DNA of 63,517 nt, the filler included, from Malassezia furfur (Eukaryota), in the NCBI GenBank assembly GCA_052055015.1. It is 8 parts of 8 records of this genome, joined end to end, with 100 filler letters (N's around TTAATTAATTAA, not from the genome) between each part and the next. Parts side by side here need not be neighbours in the genome. Positions count along the whole stretch, not along the records: positions 32,017 to 39,871 come from JBQJIT010000482.1; positions 39,972 to 47,783 come from JBQJIT010000484.1; 6 more parts are not named here. One strand, 5' to 3'. A program made the position numbers and the translations under genes. Shown piece by piece: positions 35,482-45,439 of this stretch. Below the pieces are notes generated by a model. The model saw only the letters and a list, made by a program, of their open reading frames with translations. It did no database searches and had not been told where the DNA came from. Numbering within the stretch: the stretch's first letter is position 1; each line of letters opens with the position of its first letter.

Positions 35482-38400
35482 ATGGAGTTCAACTTTACGG
35501 GCTCCGCACGGCCCGCGCGGCACATCAACCTGGGCGGCGCGAGCGGGCCATCTGCGGCACAGCTCGCGGCACAGGCCCGCGCGCTGCGTGCCGACCGCCA
35601 TATTCAAAAACGGCGCATGAACGCCGCCACACACATCCAGGCGGCGTTCCGTGCGCACCAAGTTGCGAGACGCGTACGGGAGGCGCACGCCGCCGAGCTC
35701 GCGCACGGGTCTTGGGATGCATGCACTGGCGAGGCATGGCGGCACCGCACGCGCCTCTTGCTCTTCTCCGGAACCACACAAACCTACGATGCGCGGCACG
35801 CCGCCGACGTCGGCGCATGGGCCACACGGGTGGGACACACCGCACCCGATGCTGCCGATGAAGCACTACTTGCGCTTATGGCACGGCACATGCTGTTCAT
35901 GCTGCTCTGCTTCCCGACGGAGCTTGGCGCGCTTGGCGGGACTTTTGTCGCGGCGCTTCTGCGCCTCGTAGGCGAAGCGCCGCCCACCGAGGCGCAAGCA
36001 GCGCTCCTGCACCGCCTCCTACATTGGGATTTATACCGCGCGCTACACCATTACCTTGACGCCCTGCCCGTGCAGCGCAGCGATGACGCGGGAGTGTGTC
36101 TCGCGCTGTGCCTGCGCCCGCTCGCTGTGTTTGCAGCACCGACCGACGCTGCGAAGGCGGCCGCAGATGCGGTCGCAGCCACACCCAGCGCACCGCCACG
36201 AGCCCTTGCACTACGGGGGCTTGTGGCATGGACGCTGACCACTGCGCAGCTGCTCCCGCGGCTCCCACTGCCAAGTGTGGCCGCGCTGGCGGCGCAATTG
36301 CCGCTCGACGAGGTGAATGCGCACGTGCTGGCGCTCGGCGCCGACGACACACCGCCCCCCCACCCCACGCACTCGCCCTACCTGCTTGCGCACTACCTTG
36401 CATTGTGTTCGCCGCGCGTCGCACGAATGGACGCCGCGCAGCTGCGGGCGTACCTGGGCGTCTTGACGCTCCTGGAAAATACACTGCCGCCGCACGTGTT
36501 TGCGGCCTGCAGCGACGCTGCGCATGCGCGCGATGCGCCGCCTGACGCCATGGACGTCGACAGTGCGGTGCCTGACCTCGATGCGTCGACGCGGCGGCAC
36601 TTGCGTATGGCCGTATCGGATGCGCACCTCCATACGCTCCTTGCGCAGAGCACGCGGTATGCGGCGCAAACGCGCGCGGCGCTCAGCGCTTACCTCGTTG
36701 CGACGCTGCAGGCATGGCCTCGCGCAGATGGCGAGCAGGTGCTGACCACCGTGCTGTACGGTTACGATACGGTGGGCCGCGCGTCGGCGGCCGCACACCT
36801 GCCAGCGGTCGGCGCGATGGTGCGCGAGCTGTGGCGTGGGTACGTGCGCGGAGGCCGCCTGGCGCGACAGCTGCGTGCGCCTGAGCCGTCGGCACGCCTC
36901 ACCGAGACACGCGCGGCCCTCACCGACGCAACACTTGCAGATGAGTGGCCCATGCTGTGGCTGTTGTGCCAGCTGTACACGCGCGCGCTGCTGACGATGG
37001 GCGACGACGAGTTTTACCCGGCCGACCGACTGCAGACCGCGGGCAAGAACCCGCTGACGCTGGACGAGCTCGTGACGCTGAGCGCGATGCTGCGCAACGT
37101 CGCCTTTGTGCTGTACTGGCACGCGGAGCTCGTGGGCGATGACGGTGCCCCCACGAGGGTGCCTGGCACGGCCGTGCCGCTCGCGACGCTGCGCGATGGC
37201 GCGGCGCGCCTGTTGCAGCAGCTGCACACGCGCGACACGCGGCGCCCCTTTACACCACGCGGCCACTGGCACATGCTGAGCCAGGAAGATGTCGCCTCGT
37301 TCGTGCAGTCGGTGGTGGTGGAGGAGCGCGAGCTGCTCGCCGAGCACGAGGCGGACGACGAGGCGGGGCGCGCGCGCGCACGCCCAGTGGCGCTGTCCTC
37401 GCGCACGCTCGCGTTCATCGGCCCGCGGCTTCGAGTGCTGCACCACCTGCCGTTTGTGATCCCGTTCGAGGTGCGCGTCGAGATTTTCCGGCAGTTTGTG
37501 CGCAGCGACGCCGAGCGGCTGCACATCGCCCGCGACGCGTTCCTTCCGATGCAGCGCCACCGTGCGACGGTGCGGCGCGCGGCCATCGCCGAGGACGGCA
37601 TGGCGCAGCTCAATGCACTTGGCCCGCGGCTCAAGGAGCCGATCGAGATCGTGTTTATCGACCAGTTCGGGCAGCCGGAGGCCGGAATCGACGGCGGCGG
37701 CGTCTTCAAAGAGTTTCTCACCTCGCTTGTGCGGCAGGTGTTCGACACGGACCGCGGGCTGTGGCGTGCCAATGCGCGCAACGAGCTGTACCCCAACCCG
37801 CACAGCTACGCGCGGCAGCCCGAGCAGCTCGGGTGGTATACCTTCCTGGGGCGCATCCTGGGCAAGGCGCTGTACGAAGGCATCCTCGTCGACGTGCCGT
37901 TTGCGAGCTTCTTCCTGGGCAAGTGGCTCGGGCATCAGAGCTACCTAGACGATGTGGCGAGCCTACAGAGCCTCGACGCGGACCTATACCGCGGGCTGAT
38001 CCAGCTCAAGAATTACACGGGCGACGTCGAAAACGACTTTGCGCTCAACTTCACCGTGTCCGACGAAGAGTTTGGCGTGACACACACCACCGAGCTCGTC
38101 CCCGGCGGCGCCGAGATTCCGGTCACCAACGAGAACCGCCTATCGTACATCTACCACATGTCGCGCTACCGCCTCAGCACGCAGATCGAGCCGCAGTGCG
38201 CCGCTTTCCTGCGTGGGCTCACCGAGCTCATCGAGCCGCGCTGGCTGCGCGTACTCAGCCGCGACGAGCTGCGCGTGCTCGTGTCCGGCACCGAGGCGCC
38301 CGTCGACGTCGCCGACCTGCGCGCGCACACCGTGTACGGCGGCTATCACGAAAAAGACCTCGCCGTGTCCTACTTCTGGGAAGCGCTCGAGAGCCTCGAC

Positions 38401-38640
38401 CCGGCGTCGCGCCGCGCGTTTCTGCGCTTCGTCACCTCGTCGCCGAACCCGCCGCTGCTGGGCTTTGGCGAGCTGCACCCCCAGTTTGCCATTCGGCACG
38501 CGGGCGACGACGTGTCGCGGCTGCCAACCGCATCGACGTGCGTCAACCTCCTCAAGCTGCCCGCGTACACCTCGCGCGAGCAGTGCCTCGAAAAGCTGCG
38601 CTACGCCATCCACAGCGAGGCCGGCTTCGATCTCTCGTAG
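35482..38640 (+). CDS. HUL5: HECT E3 ubiquitin ligase (Hul5/UBE3C-like, IQ motif)
   Basis: F.FTG....INLGG start, IQAAFRA, PFVIPFEVRV, EAGIDGGGVFKEF, RLPTASTCVNLLKLP, terminal AGFDLS. Confidence 0.9.
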   Translation: MEFNFTGSARPARHINLGGASGPSAAQLAAQARALRADRHIQKRRMNAATHIQAAFRAHQVARRVREAHAAELAHGSWDACTGEAWRHRTRLLLFSGTTQTYDARHAADVGAWATRVGHTAPDAADEALLALMARHMLFMLLCFPTELGALGGTFVAALLRLVGEAPPTEAQAALLHRLLHWDLYRALHHYLDALPVQRSDDAGVCLALCLRPLAVFAAPTDAAKAAADAVAATPSAPPRALALRGLVAWTLTTAQLLPRLPLPSVAALAAQLPLDEVNAHVLALGADDTPPPHPTHSPYLLAHYLALCSPRVARMDAAQLRAYLGVLTLLENTLPPHVFAACSDAAHARDAPPDAMDVDSAVPDLDASTRRHLRMAVSDAHLHTLLAQSTRYAAQTRAALSAYLVATLQAWPRADGEQVLTTVLYGYDTVGRASAAAHLPAVGAMVRELWRGYVRGGRLARQLRAPEPSARLTETRAALTDATLADEWPMLWLLCQLYTRALLTMGDDEFYPADRLQTAGKNPLTLDELVTLSAMLRNVAFVLYWHAELVGDDGAPTRVPGTAVPLATLRDGAARLLQQLHTRDTRRPFTPRGHWHMLSQEDVASFVQSVVVEERELLAEHEADDEAGRARARPVALSSRTLAFIGPRLRVLHHLPFVIPFEVRVEIFRQFVRSDAERLHIARDAFLPMQRHRATVRRAAIAEDGMAQLNALGPRLKEPIEIVFIDQFGQPEAGIDGGGVFKEFLTSLVRQVFDTDRGLWRANARNELYPNPHSYARQPEQLGWYTFLGRILGKALYEGILVDVPFASFFLGKWLGHQSYLDDVASLQSLDADLYRGLIQLKNYTGDVENDFALNFTVSDEEFGVTHTTELVPGGAEIPVTNENRLSYIYHMSRYRLSTQIEPQCAAFLRGLTELIEPRWLRVLSRDELRVLVSGTEAPVDVADLRAHTVYGGYHEKDLAVSYFWEALESLDPASRRAFLRFVTSSPNPPLLGFGELHPQFAIRHAGDDVSRLPTASTCVNLLKLPAYTSREQCLEKLRYAIHSEAGFDLS

Positions 38641-38879
38641 TTGATTGGCGCTCGCGCGCCCCGCGAAAGTGGGGGTGGTCCCCCACGTGGATCGCGCGCG
38701 ACCGGCATCTACCGTGCAGTGTCGTACATTCGGCCGAACTTCTCCGCACGCCGCAAAATTTACCGGGGGCCCTCTCTGGGGGAGGGGGCCACGTTTGGTT
38801 TTCGGCTGGCAACCATTTGCCGTGAGGCCGCGCGTCGTACACTAGAGCATGGAATAAGCGTGTGGCGCCGTATTGACGT

Positions 38880-39871
38880 ATGGAACGCCTACACGACCCC
38901 ATCCTTGCGGTGTCGCGTGCCAAGCTCGCGAGCCTGAACACAGACGACGTCGAGCAGGTCGCCCGCTTTTGGAACGGTACGTCCGGCCACGCCGCTGACG
39001 CAGTGTTCACCAAATGCAAAGAGGCGCTCGAAGACGGACAGCGCTTTGAGAACTTGTCGTGGCGCCTGTGGTTCCGCCAGTCGCACGGGATGCACCGCCG
39101 CGCAAGCGCAGACACCCCCGCATCCACGCCGCCGCCGCTCGCCTCGCCCGAGGCGCCGAACGGCAAACTGGCCGGCGGCGCCCGTGTGCCGACGCCCCTG
39201 TCTGAGCCCGAGCTGTCTACGGACGAGTCGGCCTCGAGCGAGGACGGGCACAGCGAGGCCCCGGCCCCAGACACAGATGCCGCGCCCTCGTCCAACGCTT
39301 TTACCGCCGTCATTCCCGCTCCGGGCGCCGATGCTCCGTGGAACGAACGCATCGCCTCGCTCGCGCGCGAGGCGCGCGCACGCCGCACCAAGGCGGTGCC
39401 GCGCGTGCCTGACGGTACGCACGAGGCGGTGCGCGACGCGTTTCTCCGGGGCACCACCAGCACGCCTTCGCACGCCACGTCGCTTTCGCCCACCGGCACA
39501 CTGACGCCGCGTGCGCAGAGCCACCGCTCGCGCTCGAGTTCGTCGTCGGGCAGCGACGGGACCGCGCCGGCGCAAGATACATCCGCGCCCGAGACCCCTG
39601 CGCCCCTGGCGCGCGATGCGGACGCGACGGCAACGCCTTCATACCCCCATGCACTTGAAACGAGCCAGGTGCCCTCCTCGACGGGCACCGAGTGGACGAG
39701 CCAGACACCGACGCCGCGCGCGCGCTCGCCTCGCGCCGCGCCCGCCCAGATCTCGCCGACCTCCGGCAACACAATGACCTATGCGCCACCCGCTGCGCCG
39801 TCTGCACCGCCGGAGCCCGCGCCGTCGGGGCCTGTGCTGCCGGAGCCTGCGCCGCCTGCGCGCGCCGAGGC
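38880..39871 (+). CDS. DUF1752 (ENLSWR motif) fungal regulatory protein, 3' truncated; 27-nt in-frame intron 38977-39003
   Basis: After splicing it reads FWN|VFTKCKEALEDGQRFENLSWRLW, followed by an S/P/T-rich region. Confidence 0.8.
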
Positions 39872-40143
39872 NNNNNNNNNNNNNNNNNNNNNNNNNNNNN
39901 NNNNNNNNNNNNNNNTTAATTAATTAANNNNNNNNNNNNNNNNNNNNNNNNNNNNNNNNNNNNNNNNNNNNGCGGGCCGGCGCGGCGCGCGGCGCGCTGC
40001 CGCACCCCCCGGCACGTTTTTCCCCCTCGCCGCCTCCCGAAACGTGACTTGGGCTCCTCCCACCTCGTCTCGTGACTTGCACGCTACGCGCCTCGCGTTG
40101 AGAGCAACACCAATTGAACGCGTATCCTCCTTTCGAACAGAGC

Positions 40144-41441
40144 ATGTCGCCCCCTACTGGTGCTGGCCAACCGGCGCCTAGTGACGCGCCTCACGCGTAT
40201 GTGGATCAACAAACAACCTACGACGCAAGCGCCGAGCCGAGCGGTGCTCACAACGCCCAAGACAATGACGCGACGAACACGGGCAACGCGCAGAACGCGG
40301 GGATCGAGAAGGACGTCGGCACCATCCTCGCCGGATTGAACCAGGAGCAGCTTGCGAGCATCGTTGCGGCAGCGGTACGTCGTGTTTTGTGTGGCTGACC
40401 CCTTAGCGCGCCTCGGACTCCGGCGAGCAGCACCAGTACGACAGCGGCGAGCAGTTTGACTCGTCCAACGCGCTCGCGCATCTCCCGCACAGTCTCGGCC
40501 AGGCCGCATCGACGCTGACGTCGTTCGCGTCGTCATTCAAGCGCTCCAATGCGCCCGTCATGGCGCCTGACGAGGACCTCACCGCCGGCGGCCTCTCCGA
40601 GGCAGGCCACCTGGGTGACGCGCCACCCCCGCCCGGCATGGAGCACGACATGTCGCAGCAGCAACACGCGCACCATGCGCGCCATGTGGGACATGGCCAG
40701 CAGGAGCACAAGGGCCACTCGGCTTCGCATGACCCGGCCGCGACGGCGGCCGCACTCGCTGCGATGGGTACGCTGGCGGGCCGCCAGCTGCAGCAGCACG
40801 GGCAGGCGCACGGGCTCGATGCGGGCCGCGATGGTGCACTGGGCGATGGTCTGGACGCCAAGTTTGTCAACGACCACAGCCTCGGCGGCGCGCGGTACAA
40901 GCGCAAGGGTCCCGAGCTCGACCGCCAGCGCAAAGACAACCACAAGGAGGTGGAGCGCCGCCGCCGCTCGGCGATCAACGACGGCATCGTGCAGCTCTCG
41001 CAGATTGTGCCTGGGTGCGACGTGAAGAACACCAACAAGGGCTCGATCATCATCGCGGCGGTGCGCTACATCCAGGACCTCAAGAACAACGAGGCGAGCA
41101 ACATTGAGAAGTGGACGCTCGAGAAGCTGCTCATGGATCAGGCGATGAACGACCTGAGCATCTCGCTCGACGAGAGCCGCCGCGAGGTCGAGCGCCTGCG
41201 CGCACAGCTCGGCCTGGCCGAGGCCAACGCCTCGTCGTCCGCCGACAAGCAGGGCGCGCCGCAGTACGCCGAGCAGCGCTTCCAGGCGGCGCAGCCCTAC
41301 CACACCGAGCCGAGCACCGCGAGTGGCGAGCAGGACTTGACCGTGTCGCTGGACCAGGGCCACCATGACGCGTCTGCGCTCGATCCTTTCGCGCACAAGG
41401 ATCGCACGGGCGCCCCGCTGGATCACGCGGGACGTGTCTAA
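40144..41441 (+). CDS. CBF1: bHLH-leucine zipper transcription factor (Cbf1-like); 32-nt intron 40375-40406
   Basis: RKDNHKEVERRRRSAINDGI, NKGSII..AVRYIQDLK.NE..NIEKWTLEKLLMDQA. Confidence 0.88.
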
Positions 41442-41542
41442 CGTTGCGGCGCGGCTTGCTTGCTGCGCCCCCGCATACCCACCAGGACGCGAGCGTAGAG
41501 TAACTGTTTGTGTGTAGGATTAGAACGTTGATACGGAACAGG

Positions 41543-44524
41543 CTACGAGTGCGGCAGCGTCGCCAGCAGCGCCGCCTGTGCCGCCTGCTGCAGTTCGGCG
41601 AGCACCACAACGACCGCGGCTGCCATGCGGCGCGCGCGCGCGTCTGGTGACACGACGAGCTCCGGCGTGGCCGACGCGACGCCCGCGCGCGCTTCGAGCG
41701 CGGCGAAGCGCGCCTGTGCTGCGTCTTGCAGCCGCGCAAGCAGCGGCGCATGCGCCCGCACGAGCGCGACGGCGTGCGACGTCGGCACCGTCGCCTCGAG
41801 CACGATCAGCGCGAGCGACAGCGCGGCGCCGGCCACGAGCGTGTCCTGCTCCGTGAGCAGTACATGGTCCACCAGCTCGAGCACATCGGGCACGAGCTGC
41901 TGGAAGTAATGCGCAGCATTCTGCGCATAGTAGCACAGCACCGCAAGCGTCTGCAGGAGCGCATTGAGTACGAGCGTGCTCAGCACCACCTCGCTGCCCG
42001 CATACGCCACGCGCCGCCGGCGGTGCGCCTGCTGATACGCAAAGAAGCGCGTCACCAGCGGGAACACAAACGTACGCAGCGCCACGTGTGTGTACTGTAC
42101 CGTGGGGCGCACGCTGCCGGGCGGCGCAAACGGCAGCGGCGCGCGTACGTCGGCGTGCAACGCAGCCTGCACCGCGCGCTCGCGCGTGCGCGCCGCATGC
42201 CGCGCGGGATCGGCGGCTGCCGTGCGCCGCTCGCCGCTCTCGCGCGCGTGCGATGCGGCGTCGTCGGCCATGCGGTGCGCAGCCACATCCACTTCCTCGA
42301 CACGCACGCCCGCAAGCTCCTGGGCAGCGCGCGCGACGGCGTGCAGCATGCCCACACGCTGCGCGGCCGCATAGTGCGGCGTAAACAGCTGCTCGTACAC
42401 GCAGTCCACGCACGGATCGGGGCAGGCTACACACAGGGCCGCGAGCGCCGCGATGCGACGTGCCTCAAAGTCGCGCAGGCCATAGTGGTCCTGCATCGCG
42501 CACAGCGCAATGCACAGATCCACGGCCTGCTCAGCGATCTCCATCCCCCAGCCAGTCTTGCGCCGCACGAGTGCTTCAGCATGCTTTAAAAGCAGCTTTT
42601 GCGCATGCACGTCGCGTTCGCGTGCGAGCGGCGCAAGCTCGTGGATGTATACAGGTGCGCGTCGGCGCTTTTGAAATGCGGTATCGAGTGTGCTTGAGGC
42701 GTCGTCCTCCGCGCCAGGTGGGGCATCCGCCTCGTCGTCCGACGTGTCGACTCCCTCGTCCGAGCTCATTGCATGGTCCGCGGGTGCGGCGTACGTGTGG
42801 AATTCGCCGGTATCTGGTGCGTCTGCGTCGTCGTCCAGCACCTGGATAAGGGGCCGCGGCGCAGGTTGGGCGGCCTTGGGAGGCACGCGTGCCGGCAGGC
42901 GCCGCGTCGGAGGGCTCGTGCGTCGCGGCACAGGCGCCGGCGCCGGCGCAGGAACCAAAGCGGTCGGCTGCGCATCGAGCTGAAGCGCAGCAGACCACTG
43001 TGTGTGGTCGCTGTGTGCGTTTTTGATCGTGGGAAACGCAAACGACACGGTCATGGCGCGCAAAACTCGGCACACCTCGCGACCGTCACCGCGGCCATCC
43101 CACACAGAGGCAGGGAAACGCAGCGGCGTGCCACCAGGCGCAGCCGTACGCGCGCTCACGCACTCGGCGACCAGCATCCCGAGACGGCGCACCACAGGAT
43201 CGTCGTGGTCCAAGTGGACCGACACGCCATGCAGGAACATTTCGGACTGTGCCAGCGAGGCCCATGCGGCGCGCAAGGCGTCGTCGGTGGTGTAGGCGAG
43301 CAAGAGGGCGGTGAGTGATTGTTCCTGCTTCACCGAGGTGTGCGTACACCGCGTCGCATCCGCCCAGTACTCAACCAGATCGTCCAGGGCGCGGGGGTGT
43401 AGCCAAGCGGCGATCGCAAGACTCAGCAAGGGGGTATACAGGGTCGTTGGGTAGGCAGACCCGATGCGCACAAGCTCCAGTGGGTCATCGTCCTCCGCGT
43501 ACGCCACCAGCGCCAGGAACGCATACGCAGCGTCGCGCGCGACGCTCGCCTCCGGCGACAGAAACGCACGGCCTTCCGTGCCCGGTGCATGCTCGTCGAG
43601 TGCAATGGGCCACGCACGCCGCGTGCGTGTCAGCTGTGCATCCAGCTGCTGTGCGAGCGCATACACCAGTGCGCCGCGGTTCGGGCCGAGCTGTTCCATA
43701 ACGGCGTGCCATGCATGGGTATAGGACGGCAGGAACGGCACCCCGTCCGACGTCTCCACGTGCTCCATCACGCGGGGGAGCACAGCGGCCCAAAAACAGG
43801 CGCCCTGTGCGCGGTGGGCCACAAACCCGGACTTGACGAGCTTCGCGGCAAGCTCCGCCATGTGCGCGGGCAACCCGAGCGACAGCGCGCCCTCCCAGTC
43901 GGTAGCGACGCGCATCAGAAAAGTGTCCTGGGCCATGCAAGGCGGTGTATCGTGCTGGAACACATTGGCCGCGCGCGTCGGCAGACTCACGAGCTGCGAC
44001 ACGCATTCACTCCATGCCAAGTCGCGCGTCGCTGCACTGCGCTCGTTGCTGGTCGCGCGCAGGAGTCGCGGCACCAGGGCAAACTGCCCGACCCTCGACA
44101 GGATGTGTGCGAGTGCTTCACGGGTATACGGGTGCATCTTGGCGTCGGGCCTGCGCGTCGTGGCGCTGAGCTGCTCAGAGCAGGTCGCTAGTGTGTACTG
44201 CCACACCTTGTCGGCGCGCTCATTCGTCGGCGTGAAATAGCCATCCAGTACCACCAAGTACAGGTTCTTTTTCTTGAGCGCATCGCCCCAGGTGACGAGC
44301 GTATTGCTCAGTAACGCGTGCTGCACCGACGCCCACCAGGCGCCCAGCGCTGAAGGAGGTGCAATGCGACCATGGTATGTTTGGAACGCCTGCGGCAACG
44401 CATCCACCCATGCGAGCGGCGGCAAAAGAATCCCCAGCAGTGCCTCAATACTCGCGACCGACATGGGTTGGTCGACGAGGCGCAGCAGCTCGCGCTGCGG
44501 CGCGTCATTCGCAGCAGCGTCCAT
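41543..44524 (-). CDS. TEL2: Tel2 (TTT co-chaperone, telomere length regulation)
   Basis: FLHGVSVHLDH.DP.VRRLGMLVAE, acidic SSDEGVDTSDD, RAPVYIHEL, AEALVRRK..GMEI, HYAAAQRVGML. Start at MDAAAND (44524) is preferred over 44617. Confidence 0.85.
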   Translation of the reverse strand: MDAAANDAPQRELLRLVDQPMSVASIEALLGILLPPLAWVDALPQAFQTYHGRIAPPSALGAWWASVQHALLSNTLVTWGDALKKKNLYLVVLDGYFTPTNERADKVWQYTLATCSEQLSATTRRPDAKMHPYTREALAHILSRVGQFALVPRLLRATSNERSAATRDLAWSECVSQLVSLPTRAANVFQHDTPPCMAQDTFLMRVATDWEGALSLGLPAHMAELAAKLVKSGFVAHRAQGACFWAAVLPRVMEHVETSDGVPFLPSYTHAWHAVMEQLGPNRGALVYALAQQLDAQLTRTRRAWPIALDEHAPGTEGRAFLSPEASVARDAAYAFLALVAYAEDDDPLELVRIGSAYPTTLYTPLLSLAIAAWLHPRALDDLVEYWADATRCTHTSVKQEQSLTALLLAYTTDDALRAAWASLAQSEMFLHGVSVHLDHDDPVVRRLGMLVAECVSARTAAPGGTPLRFPASVWDGRGDGREVCRVLRAMTVSFAFPTIKNAHSDHTQWSAALQLDAQPTALVPAPAPAPVPRRTSPPTRRLPARVPPKAAQPAPRPLIQVLDDDADAPDTGEFHTYAAPADHAMSSDEGVDTSDDEADAPPGAEDDASSTLDTAFQKRRRAPVYIHELAPLARERDVHAQKLLLKHAEALVRRKTGWGMEIAEQAVDLCIALCAMQDHYGLRDFEARRIAALAALCVACPDPCVDCVYEQLFTPHYAAAQRVGMLHAVARAAQELAGVRVEEVDVAAHRMADDAASHARESGERRTAAADPARHAARTRERAVQAALHADVRAPLPFAPPGSVRPTVQYTHVALRTFVFPLVTRFFAYQQAHRRRRVAYAGSEVVLSTLVLNALLQTLAVLCYYAQNAAHYFQQLVPDVLELVDHVLLTEQDTLVAGAALSLALIVLEATVPTSHAVALVRAHAPLLARLQDAAQARFAALEARAGVASATPELVVSPDARARRMAAAVVVVLAELQQAAQAALLATLPHS

Positions 44525-44551
44525 GCACGGCGGTTCAAGTGGTACCTCCAC

Positions 44552-45382
44552 ATGACCTACCCCACCCTGGAGCCGGGCGGAAGCTTGCTCATTGCGTGGC
44601 AGCTTCGCGGCAAGCATGTGCTACTGGTCGGCGGTGGCGAAGTCGCCGCCGGGCGTCTCGTGCTCCTGAAAAATGCCGACGCACATGTCACGGTGTTGTG
44701 CGCGCCGGAAGGCCTCGGCAATGAGATGAAGTACCGCATCGAGATCGAGCAGGTGGTGGACGAGTACATCCCCAGAGCCTACACGCACGAAGAGCAGCTC
44801 ACGCGTGCGGATGGTGGGATGTACGATATAATCTTGACCGCAATCGATGACGCAGAGGCCAGCCGTTCGATCTGTGCCTGGAGCCGTGCACACCACATCC
44901 CTGTGAACGTTGCCGACGTGCCGCCCGAGTGCGACTTTTACTTTGGCTCGATCATTCGGCGCGGGCCGCTGCAGGTGATGGTATCTACCGGAGGCAAGGG
45001 CCCGCGCCTTGCGAGGCAGATCCGGCAGCGTCTCGAGAATGCCATCCCGGTGAGCACAGGCGCGGCGATCGAACGTGTCGGCGAGTTGCGCAGTGCGCTG
45101 CGCCGCATCGCCCCGCGCCCCGACCAAAGCGCGCAGCGCATGCGGTGGATGACGGATGTGTGCGAAACGTGGTCGATCGACGAGCTCGCGCAGCTCGATG
45201 AGCCCGCCATCTCGCGCGTGTTGCGTGGCTGGCACGACCAAACGGTCCCCACCTACGACGAGGTGGTGGGCGGCCGCCGTGCATGGCGCTGGCCGCACCT
45301 GCGCGACTACGTCGCATTCCTGTTGGGCGCGACCACCGCACTGGCCGTAGGCGCCGCAGCCGCGCACCGGTTCCGCAGGTAG
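44552..45382 (+). CDS. MET8: Siroheme synthase Met8 (precorrin-2 dehydrogenase/ferrochelatase)
   Basis: GGSLLIAWQLRGKHVLLVGGGEVA, LTAIDD, PVNVADVPPECDFYFG, QVMVSTGGKGPRLA, RMRWM. Confidence 0.92.
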   Translation: MTYPTLEPGGSLLIAWQLRGKHVLLVGGGEVAAGRLVLLKNADAHVTVLCAPEGLGNEMKYRIEIEQVVDEYIPRAYTHEEQLTRADGGMYDIILTAIDDAEASRSICAWSRAHHIPVNVADVPPECDFYFGSIIRRGPLQVMVSTGGKGPRLARQIRQRLENAIPVSTGAAIERVGELRSALRRIAPRPDQSAQRMRWMTDVCETWSIDELAQLDEPAISRVLRGWHDQTVPTYDEVVGGRRAWRWPHLRDYVAFLLGATTALAVGAAAAHRFRR

Positions 45383-45439
45383 CACAAAACATTTCTTGGT
45401 GGGTGATTACGGGGAAAGTAACTGTCTAAAAGAAGGACT

